Origin: a virus
Direction: 5' to 3' (one strand)
IMG/VR virus record: IMGVR_UViG_3300032236_000971
Location: 1 to 64,000 of that record
DNA: 64,000 nt
Under the pieces are notes generated by a model, which was not told the origin of the DNA, searched no databases, and saw only the letters and a program-made list of their open reading frames with translations. Position numbers and translations under genes: made by a program. Below are positions 7,633 to 15,111 of this stretch, in pieces; position 1 is the first letter of the stretch; the number at the start of each line of letters is the position of its first letter.

Positions 7633-7709
7633 GCCCATATGGTCCAATTGGAAGAGGCGTCGGCTTCAAACTCCGAATGTTGTAGGTTCGAGTCCTACTA
7701 TGGGCACCA
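7633..7709 (+). tRNA. tRNA-Leu(CAA), short variable loop
   Basis: TT-CAA-AC, 5-nt variable loop, CCA. Confidence 0.88.
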
Positions 7710-7711
7710 AT

Positions 7712-7785
7712 GCTACCTTAGTGTAATGGGAGCACAAGAGTTTGTGGCACTCTTAGCACTGGATCGTAACCAGTAGGTAGTACCA
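7712..7785 (+). tRNA. tRNA-His(GTG), alphaproteobacterial type
   Basis: TT-GTG-GC; no G-1, G1:U72, A73; T-loop ATCGTAA. Confidence 0.88.
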
Positions 7786-7798
7786 ATAAATAAAGTTT

Positions 7799-7889
7799 AG
7801 GTGGGCTGCAGAGACGGTGGTTCTGCGACGGACTGTAAATCCGTTCCTTAATGGTAACACTGGGGGTTCGAATCCCTCCCCACCTACCA
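7799..7889 (+). tRNA. tRNA-Tyr(GTA)
   Basis: CT-GTA-AA, long variable region, CCA. Confidence 0.9.
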
Positions 7890-7913
7890 TTTTCTTAACC
7901 TTGGAGATAAACA

Positions 7914-8075
7914 ATGAAGTTTGAATTTACTATTGAAGAAATTAATACTGTTATGGCGGCTCTTGGTCGCATGCCTTATGAGCAGGTATTTCAGCTTGTA
8001 GAAAAGATCCGTCAGCAAGCTGCTCCTCAGTTGCAGGAAGCTCAGGCAGCACAGGCGGCTGAACAGTCAGAATAA
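7914..8075 (+). CDS. Small hypothetical protein (53 aa, not in ORF track)
   Basis: GGAGA RBS; MKFEFTIEEINTVMAALGRMPYEQVFQLVEKIRQQA... Confidence 0.65.
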   Translation: MKFEFTIEEINTVMAALGRMPYEQVFQLVEKIRQQAAPQLQEAQAAQAAEQSE

Positions 8076-8077
8076 CT

Positions 8078-8152
8078 GCCGATGTAGCTCAGTGGTAGAG
8101 CATTCGCTTCATACGCGACTGGTCGCTGGTTCAAGTCCAGCTTTCGGCACCA
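8078..8152 (+). tRNA. tRNA-Met(CAT), elongator (or Ile2)
   Basis: TT-CAT-AC, CCA. Confidence 0.85.
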
Positions 8153-8206
8153 ATCCACGCCATCCCGATACGTCGGTTGGCACCTCCAGTTTCCGGACTG
8201 GAGACT

Positions 8207-8282
8207 GCTCCTCTGGTATAGCTGGTGCGTACGCCTGTCTGAAGAACAGGAAGATGCAGTTCGATTCTGTGGGGGAGCACCA
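8207..8282 (+). tRNA. tRNA-Phe(GAA)
   Basis: CT-GAA-GA (G37), CCA. Confidence 0.9.
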
Positions 8283-8419
8283 TTATATAAATACCTCAAA
8301 AAGAGGTAGATAATGTATAAAGCATACATACTAGCGATTGATAACATAAACAAATTAGTTTGGTTGGTACTGATGCTACATTGGTTAGCTGACGGTACGA
8401 AGATAGTTGATATCTTCAA

Positions 8420-9061
8420 ATGAAAACCATCGCTCTCTTCAACCATCATCCTGAATGTTCTGATCAGTGTTGTAAGGGTATGATGAGAGCATTAGAACCT
8501 CACTACAAAATAAAATGGTTTACTGTTCGTGATGATATCAAAGAGGTAGTTAAGAATGTTGATTGTATTGCTTTCCCTGGCGGGATTGGTGACTCTGATA
8601 GCTTTTTTGACTACTTTTCTCGCACACGTTCTAATGTTATTTCCTCGTTCATTGACGATGGGGGTAAATATCTTGGTATATGCATGGGGGCTTACTGGGC
8701 TGGGTCTCGTTACTTTGATATTCTTGACAACGTTAATTGCGTTCAATACATTAAGCGTCCTACCGCTGAGATAAGAAGAAGTTACGGAACAGTAGCTGAT
8801 ATTGAGTGGCTAGGTCAAAGAGAAAAGATGTTCTTTTATGACGGATGTACATTCGTTGGTTCCGGACGATATGATACAATTGCTAAGTACGCTAATGATG
8901 AGCCGATGGCAATAATTCAGGGTAATGTAGGTATCATAGGTTGTCATCCTGAAAGCGAAGAGTTTTGGTATGAAGAACCGTACAAATACCTCAGCGGTTA
9001 TTATCATGACGGTAGGCATCATAACCTACTACTTGAGTTTGTAGATAAATTATGGAAATAG
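8420..9061 (+). CDS. Class I glutamine amidotransferase-like protein (BPL_N type)
   Basis: FPGG, YLGICMGAY nucleophile elbow, HPE; TATAAATA at 8286-8293 upstream. Confidence 0.8.
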   Translation: MKTIALFNHHPECSDQCCKGMMRALEPHYKIKWFTVRDDIKEVVKNVDCIAFPGGIGDSDSFFDYFSRTRSNVISSFIDDGGKYLGICMGAYWAGSRYFDILDNVNCVQYIKRPTAEIRRSYGTVADIEWLGQREKMFFYDGCTFVGSGRYDTIAKYANDEPMAIIQGNVGIIGCHPESEEFWYEEPYKYLSGYYHDGRHHNLLLEFVDKLWK

Positions 9062-9642
9062 TTGAAAACTATATACACGTTGTTAAGCTAGGATTAGATA
9101 TTAAAGCTATTACTCATAGCTGTGATAGAATGTACGAATTTATTAAAACACAATTCAATGATAAACCAAAGTGGGCAGTAGCTGGTTCAACATATACAAC
9201 TAGCCTCTTTAACGAATATAATTTGTTTTTGTATCCGTTGCCTGAATTTCATAAATTATATAACGAGATAAAAACGTATTTTCATTCGGTGAAAGATAAT
9301 CCTAACGAGAAATATTATATTCAGTGTTGGTTAAATTATTATCAATTTGGCGAGTATATAGATTGGCATAATCATTGGCCTCCTGAAGTTAAATCATGGC
9401 ATGGATTTTATTGTGTATCTGGGGAAGGTTCTTATACTTCATATAAGCTCCCTCCTGATATGAAAGAAGTTGTTATACCAACGGTAACAGATCAACTTGT
9501 TTTAAGTAAAAGTGACGGGGATTTTCACCGCTCTTCTGAGTGGAATGGACAAACTCCGAGGGTAACGATAGCATTTGATATCGTGCCTCAAACTTTTTTC
9601 AATGCCCCTTTTGATATTATTAATCATTGGGTGCCTATTTAA
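9052..9642 (+). CDS. Putative 2OG-Fe(II) oxygenase-like protein
   Basis: WLNYY..G.YIDWHNH...HRS...RVTIAFD double-stranded beta-helix pattern. Confidence 0.65.
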   Translation: MEIVENYIHVVKLGLDIKAITHSCDRMYEFIKTQFNDKPKWAVAGSTYTTSLFNEYNLFLYPLPEFHKLYNEIKTYFHSVKDNPNEKYYIQCWLNYYQFGEYIDWHNHWPPEVKSWHGFYCVSGEGSYTSYKLPPDMKEVVIPTVTDQLVLSKSDGDFHRSSEWNGQTPRVTIAFDIVPQTFFNAPFDIINHWVPI

Positions 9643-9732
9643 GGAGGGTTGGCTGAGTGGTCTAAAGCACTCGTTTGCTAAATGAGCGAACCTTAATCGG
9701 TTCCGTGAGTTCGAATCTCACACTCTCCGCCA
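9643..9732 (+). tRNA. tRNA-Ser(GCT)
   Basis: TT-GCT-AA, long variable arm, G73-CCA. Confidence 0.95.
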
Positions 9733-9733
9733 T

Positions 9734-9807
9734 ATCGGTGTGATGTAATGGTAACATGACGGTCTCCAAAACCGTTCTTCCGGGTTCGAGTCCTGGCACC
9801 GGTGCCA
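9734..9807 (+). tRNA. tRNA-Trp(CCA)
   Basis: CT-CCA-AA, G73-CCA. Confidence 0.95.
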
Positions 9808-9811
9808 TTTT

Positions 9812-9928
9812 AGGTTGTGTTCAGCATACAATGGATGAACCAGTCGGTCGTGGGTTCAATCCCCACCAGGAGCTCTTTGCTTCTGTAGCTCAGTGGTAGA
9901 GCAACTGCCAAAAAGTACAACCTGTTGA
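9812..9928 (+). ncRNA. Array unit 1: YrlA-like Y RNA (circularly permuted tRNA mimic)
   Basis: Frame AGGTTGTG-TTCAGCA...TACAACCT-GTTGA; inside T-arm GTGGG-TTCAATC-CCCAC, closed acceptor CAGGAGC/GCTTCTG, D-arm GCTC-AGTGGTA-GAGC. Confidence 0.8.
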
Positions 9929-9937
9929 ATTTAGTGC

Positions 9938-9966
9938 TTGACTTATTCGTAGATAAAGCGTATTAT
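9938..9966 (+). promoter_or_regulatory. Sigma70-type promoter for array units 2-7 and the DUF2828 gene
   Basis: TTGACT-17-TATTAT. Confidence 0.75.
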
Positions 9967-9982
9967 ATGTTTATTGAGTTTG

Positions 9983-10107
9983 AGATTGACCGTTCAGCAA
10001 ACAACATTTAGCATCGCGCTAAGTATGACTGGCTTTATAACTGGTCCAGGTGGTTATTTCTTCGGGCTTCCACCGTAAAAAAATGAAAGAAGAAGTCAAT
10101 CTGTTGA
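9983..10107 (+). ncRNA. Array unit 2
   Basis: AGATTGAC-CG-TTCAGCA...GTCAATCT-GTTGA; three internal hairpins (TTAGC/GCTAA, GACTGG/CTGGTC, GGTGG/CCACC). Confidence 0.7.
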
Positions 10108-10112
10108 GTTTT

Positions 10113-10206
10113 AGGAAGCTTTCGGCAAACAATTATTGATTGGTTCAACTCCAATACCAGCCCCTGGGCTAGTACGCCTCGTGTGAGGCAAATTGCTTCC
10201 TGTCTA
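10113..10206 (+). ncRNA. Array unit 3: YrlA-like T-arm/acceptor-like/D-like order
   Basis: AGGAAGC-T-TTCGGCA...GCTTCCT-GTCTA; ATTGG-TTCAACT-CCAAT, AGCC/GGCT, GCCTC/GAGGC. Confidence 0.7.
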
Positions 10207-10211
10207 GTTTT

Positions 10212-10306
10212 AGGATACCTTCAGCAAACATAACTTGATATTGGTTATCAATCTGACTTTTAATCAGACTTAGCGGTTCGAATCCGCAGTTAGTGTATCC
10301 TGTTGA
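10212..10306 (+). ncRNA. Array unit 4: acceptor-less tRNA-Lys(UUU) body
   Basis: AGGATAC-C-TTCAGCA...GTATCCT-GTTGA; D-like TTGATA/TATCAA, TCTGA-CT-TTT-AA-TCAGA, GCGG-TTCGAAT-CCGC. Confidence 0.78.
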
Positions 10307-10317
10307 GTTAGAGTTCT

Positions 10318-10380
10318 AGGATTGTTACAGCATAAATGCACTTGATTTGTAATCAAACCCGCAAAGGGCAATCCTGTTGA
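10318..10380 (+). ncRNA. Array unit 5: carries Thr(UGU) anticodon stem-loop
   Basis: AGGATTG-T-TACAGCA...CAATCCT-GTTGA; TTGA-TT-TGT-AA-TCAA. Confidence 0.72.
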
Positions 10381-10391
10381 GTTAGAGTTTA

Positions 10392-10462
10392 AGGGTCAGT
10401 TCAGCAAACAAAACGACGCTAACATCGCATAAATGCCTAGCGGCACAAGTTGACCCTGTTGA
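10392..10462 (+). ncRNA. Array unit 6
   Basis: AGGGTCAG-TTCAGCA...TTGACCCT-GTTGA; small hairpins CGA/TCG, TGCC/GGCA. Confidence 0.7.
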
Positions 10463-10466
10463 GTTT

Positions 10467-10524
10467 AGATTCAGTTCCGCAACCAATCAAATCGACTTGA
10501 AATCGACCAAAGTGAATCTGTTGA
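10467..10524 (+). ncRNA. Array unit 7: carries Ser(UGA) anticodon stem-loop, abuts RBS
   Basis: AGATTCA-G-TTCCGCA...TGAATCT-GTTGA; TCGA-CT-TGA-AA-TCGA; followed by AAAGGAG and ATG 10539. Confidence 0.7.
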
Positions 10525-10538
10525 AAAGGAGAAGTGAA

Positions 10539-11972
10539 ATGAATACCTTTGTAAATGCCGTTGTTAATCAGTCTGCTCGTACCGAAAATGGTATGAAGGC
10601 TCGTCAGTCCACTGCTAATGCATTGACTGATCTGTTCTTCAAGATCGGTGCTATGCGTGGCCAGAATGTTATCCCTGCATGGACTGCTGCTTACGTTCAG
10701 GACGCTAAACTTGCTGCACGTATTGCTCTTTGGGCTCGCGATGTTCGTGGTGGTGCTGGTGAGCGTAAGATCTTCCGCGACATCCTTGTTGATCTTGCCA
10801 AGACCGATCCTTTTTATGGGGTAGGTCTTGCTCGTAAGATCCCTGAGTTGGGTCGTTGGGATGACTTCCTTGTTTTTGTTGGAACCCATCTTGAGGTTTA
10901 TGCTTTCGAAACTATTCGCGAAGCTCTTGAAGCTGGTGACGGTCTCTGCGCAAAGTGGATGCCTCGTCAGGGCGACGTAGCTGTAAAGCTCCGTAAGTAC
11001 CTTGGTTGGACTCCTAAGTTTTATCGCAAGCGTCTGGTTGAATTGACCAAGGTCGTTGAAACTCAGATGTGTGCTAACGACTGGGATAACATCAATTTTA
11101 ACCATGTTCCTTCTGTTGCTTCTGGTCGTTACAAGAAGGCGTTCTCTCGTCATACTGAAAAGTATAAGGAATGGACTGCTGCTCTTGTTTCTACTGATCC
11201 AAAGGTTAAGGAAACTGTGAAGGTTAACGCTGGTGCGGTCTATCCGTACGATGTGTTGAAGGGTGTAATCAACCACTATGGCCAGTACAACACCTCTAAC
11301 CTTCAGCATATTCAGGCTCAGTGGGATGCGCTTCCTAACTTCGTTGGTAATGCTAACATCCTTCCGCTTGTTGACGTTTCTGGTTCAATGACTTCGAAGG
11401 CTGGTGGTTATCAGTCAAAGTCAGAAGTAACCTGCCTTGATGTTGCTGTGTCTCTTGGTTTGTATCTCGCAGACAAGAACACTGGTAAGAAGTTCAAGAA
11501 TACGTTCTTGACTTTTTCTAGCAAGCCTTCGCTGCTTCATCTTCAGGGCAACATCCTTGATAAGGTAAAGCAGATGGTTACTTCAAAGTGGGAAATGTCA
11601 ACTAACTTGCACCTTGCTTTTGAAAAAATATTGTATGTTGCTCTTGAGTGGAAGGTTCCTCAGTCAGAAATGCCAGAAGTGTTGTTGATCCTTTCTGATA
11701 TGCAGTTTGATCAGTGCGCTCGTTACGACGACTCTGCTATGGAAATGATTAAGCGTAAGTATACTGAAGCAGGTTACGATGTACCTAACATTGTGTTCTG
11801 GAATCTCAATGCTCACGATAATGTTCCTGTCAAGTATGACACTCGTGGTGCTGCTCTTGTTTCTGGTTTCTCTCCTTCCATTGTTAAGGCTGTTTTACAG
11901 GCTGAAATGGGTAACTTTACGCCAGAGGCTATCATGATGCAGACTATCATGAACCCACGTTACGATTACTAA
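10539..11972 (+). CDS. DUF2828-family protein with C-terminal vWA domain (Ro60/TROVE-like RNA-binding protein)
   Basis: TENG, RDVRGGAGER, GRWDD, AKWMPR, VPSVA motifs; MIDAS VDVSGSM, LILSDMQFD, IVFWNL; start ATG 10539 after AGGAG. Confidence 0.85.
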   Translation: MNTFVNAVVNQSARTENGMKARQSTANALTDLFFKIGAMRGQNVIPAWTAAYVQDAKLAARIALWARDVRGGAGERKIFRDILVDLAKTDPFYGVGLARKIPELGRWDDFLVFVGTHLEVYAFETIREALEAGDGLCAKWMPRQGDVAVKLRKYLGWTPKFYRKRLVELTKVVETQMCANDWDNINFNHVPSVASGRYKKAFSRHTEKYKEWTAALVSTDPKVKETVKVNAGAVYPYDVLKGVINHYGQYNTSNLQHIQAQWDALPNFVGNANILPLVDVSGSMTSKAGGYQSKSEVTCLDVAVSLGLYLADKNTGKKFKNTFLTFSSKPSLLHLQGNILDKVKQMVTSKWEMSTNLHLAFEKILYVALEWKVPQSEMPEVLLILSDMQFDQCARYDDSAMEMIKRKYTEAGYDVPNIVFWNLNAHDNVPVKYDTRGAALVSGFSPSIVKAVLQAEMGNFTPEAIMMQTIMNPRYDY

Positions 11973-11978
11973 ATAACA

Positions 11979-12010
11979 GTGGCGGGATTTTTGTCCCGCC
12001 ACTTCTTTGT
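11979..12010 (+). terminator. Rho-independent terminator
   Basis: GTGGCGGGA/TCCCGCCAC stem then TTCTTTGTT. Confidence 0.7.
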
Positions 12011-12056
12011 TATGCTTCTGATGACGATTTCATTAATCCATCAAAAGGAGTGTAAT

Positions 12057-14087
12057 ATGAAAAGAATTTTAACCGCAATAGCTATGCTATTTGCATTAGT
12101 TACAACTGCATACGCAGACAGCGTTCTTATTATCGACGCAGGTTACAGTAATGTTACAGCAAACGTAAAAGGTCGTATCGAGGCGGCTGGTCATACTGTT
12201 ACTGTTACAACCGACGTTTCCCTTATTCCAACTAATAAGAACACATATCAACAGGTATGGGACCTTAGATATAGTGCAGCTTTGACAGCTGGTGAACAAA
12301 CAAGTTATACATCATTCGTCACATCTGGTGGTTTCGCTTATTTTGTAACTGAAAATCCTGGCTGTTGTATGAACCGCAACAATTCAGTTGCTGCTTTGAT
12401 TACTTCACTTGGTGGTGGTGCAACTACGATTGGTGCAAATTATAATACTGCTGCTGACGTAGAAAGTAATGTCAATACGAAGTATATGACTTCCGGTATC
12501 ACCGTTAACTACGCTGCTGTTTCCACAATCATAAACAACCAAGGTATTCCACTTATCTCAGACTCCAATAATGAAGTTTCTGGTATGAGTTGGATTGGTC
12601 GTGCAGGTGCATTAGGTCAGGGTGTAACAGGAACTATCGTTACTGTTGCGGATACTAACTGGCTTGACAGCGTTCGTTTCAGTACAGCACAAAACGCAAC
12701 TGTTGCTCAACAACAAAACGTAACTGCTCTTGACGACATCATTCGTGGTATCGTTGCTGGTACTGTTTCTGGTACGATCAGCGCGAATGGTAATGGAAAC
12801 GGCGTCGGCGCTAATGCTCCGCCTCCACCTCCAACTATTGTATCAACTGTCCCAGGAACACCAAAAGTTACATCTAGTTCTGCTAATGGAACTGCTGTTG
12901 TTTCTTCTGCTTCTACAAGAGGTACAACTGTTACTGTTTCTAATGTAACAACTGCGCCAACTGTGTATGTTGCTAGTGCTAAAGATGCAGCTGTAAATAA
13001 TTCAAAAACAATTGAAGTGACAAGAACAACAACGGTTGTTGGTACTACACCAAGAACGACTGTTAACACAGCTACAACACCAGTTACTACGGTTACAACA
13101 ACTACAACTCCAAGAACAACTACAACTGTCACAACTCCTGTTACGGTTACAACTTATTCTGATGGCTCTACAACTTCAGCTGATGGTACGCCAGTAACAA
13201 CTACATCAACAACTAACACAAGCACTCAAACAACTTCAACAACAAATGAAGTCGTAACAACCACGATTAAAGATGCGATAGTTAAGTCAGCTTCTTCAGA
13301 TGAGAAAGCTTCTGTATCAGCAACTGGTTTAAAAGATGCTCTTGCTGTTCGCAGATTTAATCCATTCATAGTAGACGCATTGTCAACTAAGGATGGTGCT
13401 TGGGCAACTCCAATGATGGGTTATGCAAAAACAGGAGACGGTTCATTTAGAACTAGTGCTCTTGGATTTGGTGCTCAATCAACTGTTGATGAAAATACTT
13501 TTGGTATTGCTGGTACATTTAGTAAACAAAACAGCCACGGTTATTTAAATTCATCTTCTGGTGCTGATTCATATGGAGCTACTGCTTATGTTCTATCAAA
13601 GCAAAGCGACGTTTGGGTGAAGGGGTCTGTTGGTTTTGATGTTTCTGAATATAACACAACCACTTCACTTCCAATTTTCGCCCTTGCTAATCAGAGCAAA
13701 GTGAAAGCTAAAAACTACTATGCTGATGTAACTTTCTATACAGCGCAGGAATTTTATGGCTTTAGACCATTAGCTGGCGTTGTTGTTACAAATTCAACCA
13801 TTGATTCTAAAGTTGAATCTGGTTCGCCTCTGCTTTCAACATTACCTCAGGATGATAGAGTTATTCAGGCTCGTCCATACGCTGGTGTAAGATATGACTT
13901 CAATGATAACATTGGCCTTGAAACAAGAATAACACAATCAAAAGATTTCAAAACAGTTGGACAGGCTCGTTTGACTGCTAACCAAGAAATGTTTAAAGAC
14001 GTGTTTTTCAACATTCAAGCTGGATTTGATAGAGGTTCAAATTACACTGCAGCTGTTGGAATGATTGGGTTGAAGATCAACTTTTAA
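12057..14087 (+). CDS. Autotransporter-like outer-membrane protein with Thr-rich stalk
   Basis: Signal peptide ending AYA (start 12057, AGGAG), passenger domain, Pro/Thr-rich linker, C-terminal beta-strand domain ending IGLKINF. Confidence 0.7.
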   Translation: MKRILTAIAMLFALVTTAYADSVLIIDAGYSNVTANVKGRIEAAGHTVTVTTDVSLIPTNKNTYQQVWDLRYSAALTAGEQTSYTSFVTSGGFAYFVTENPGCCMNRNNSVAALITSLGGGATTIGANYNTAADVESNVNTKYMTSGITVNYAAVSTIINNQGIPLISDSNNEVSGMSWIGRAGALGQGVTGTIVTVADTNWLDSVRFSTAQNATVAQQQNVTALDDIIRGIVAGTVSGTISANGNGNGVGANAPPPPPTIVSTVPGTPKVTSSSANGTAVVSSASTRGTTVTVSNVTTAPTVYVASAKDAAVNNSKTIEVTRTTTVVGTTPRTTVNTATTPVTTVTTTTTPRTTTTVTTPVTVTTYSDGSTTSADGTPVTTTSTTNTSTQTTSTTNEVVTTTIKDAIVKSASSDEKASVSATGLKDALAVRRFNPFIVDALSTKDGAWATPMMGYAKTGDGSFRTSALGFGAQSTVDENTFGIAGTFSKQNSHGYLNSSSGADSYGATAYVLSKQSDVWVKGSVGFDVSEYNTTTSLPIFALANQSKVKAKNYYADVTFYTAQEFYGFRPLAGVVVTNSTIDSKVESGSPLLSTLPQDDRVIQARPYAGVRYDFNDNIGLETRITQSKDFKTVGQARLTANQEMFKDVFFNIQAGFDRGSNYTAAVGMIGLKINF

Positions 14088-14126
14088 GTTGACTTCCTAA
14101 CCTATTTTAGGTATAATATATTTGTT

Positions 14127-14366
14127 ATGGAGATCGATATGGGTAAAGTTATATCTATTCAGAATCGCAAAGAAATCGAACTGTTCAATGGTAGGTTGGT
14201 AACACAGCCTACCACTGGAGTTGAGTATCTGTTCCTTTGCAAAGAACATTTAACGATTGAAGATTATGAAGAAGTAGTTTTGTCTATTATGGATGAAGAT
14301 TATTTTAGGAAGGCTGATTCGCAGCTACAAGCAATCGCTAAAGGATATTTTAGTTTTAATAAATAG
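14127..14366 (+). CDS. Hypothetical protein
   Basis: Promoter TTGACT-17-TATAAT at 14089-14117. Confidence 0.6.
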   Translation: MEIDMGKVISIQNRKEIELFNGRLVTQPTTGVEYLFLCKEHLTIEDYEEVVLSIMDEDYFRKADSQLQAIAKGYFSFNK

Positions 14367-14498
14367 AGTTTCATTATGCTTTTCCGTGAGATTATATATG
14401 CCTTGATTATGTGTAACTGGATGGCAATTATCGTCGGTTTTTTATTGGTGGTTATCATCTATCTTGATTGAATATAAAACAAACAAAGGAGTAACAAA

Positions 14499-15050
14499 AT
14501 GCAAAAGACTATCGTAACGGCGCTTGCCGTTCTTGCTACAACGACTGTAGCTTTGGCTACTGACATACCTAGCAAGACTTCAGCACCAACTGCGCCAGCC
14601 GCATCCTTCACACAGGGATATTATGCTGGTATCAATGTTGGTGGTGATATGAACAAGGCAACCGTCTATTCTGGTGGTGCTGTTGCTGGGTGGAACGCCC
14701 TACCGTTCCTCGCAGTAGAAGGTACATACGACTTTGCCCGTCCACAGGCAAAGGTTGGAAAGAAGTTCAACTACGAAAACACTGTAGCTTTGAATGTTGT
14801 GCCTCAATACAAGGTTCCAATGACTGATTTCACCGCATATGGCGTTGGCGGTCTTGGATATCGTTTCGACAGCGTTTCAACTGTATCAGATCATGCCGTA
14901 TACAACTACGGTGCTGGTTTGAAGTATGATTTCGCCAAGAACCTTGAATTCGACGCACGCTACACACGTATCGAAGACGTGAAGAAGAAGTACAAGGCAT
15001 CTTCCCCAGCGGAAGATCGCGCAACGGTTGGTGTGAACTACAAGTTCTAA
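14499..15050 (+). CDS. Omp25/RopB-type 8-stranded outer-membrane beta-barrel
   Basis: Signal peptide, ATDIPSK..AP N-terminus, GYYAGINVG, YGAGLKY, C-terminal VGVNYKF. Confidence 0.85.
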   Translation: MQKTIVTALAVLATTTVALATDIPSKTSAPTAPAASFTQGYYAGINVGGDMNKATVYSGGAVAGWNALPFLAVEGTYDFARPQAKVGKKFNYENTVALNVVPQYKVPMTDFTAYGVGGLGYRFDSVSTVSDHAVYNYGAGLKYDFAKNLEFDARYTRIEDVKKKYKASSPAEDRATVGVNYKF

Positions 15051-15071
15051 TCTAACTTTAGCTTAACAATA

Positions 15072-15110
15072 AGAGGGGTAGCTACTTAACCGTAGCTACT
15101 CTTTTTTTTT
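15072..15110 (+). terminator. Rho-independent terminator
   Basis: GGGGTAGCTAC/GTAGCTACTC stem and T-run. Confidence 0.8.
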
Positions 15111-15111
15111 G

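Noticed and set aside
10021-10050. Ochre-suppressor anticodon (TTA) in array unit 2, and possible stop-codon recoding
   Set aside because: The loop is 8 nt, not a canonical anticodon loop; core genes are intact in the standard code and TAA, TAG and TGA all serve as stops.
9812-10524. CRISPR array interpretation of the repeated TTCAGCA/CTGTTGAGTT motifs
   Set aside because: Repeats are not identical, unit lengths vary from 58 to 125 nt, the conserved parts are split around a covarying stem, and no cas genes are in the window.
10497-10538. TTG start of the DUF2828 ORF given in the track
   Set aside because: It lies inside RNA unit 7; ATG 10539 has a proper AGGAG RBS.
10437-11309. 290-aa minus-strand ORF
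   Set aside because: Antisense shadow of the DUF2828 gene with no recognisable motifs.
12707-13132. Val-rich minus-strand ORF
   Set aside because: Mirror of the ACN-rich Thr stalk codons of the autotransporter.
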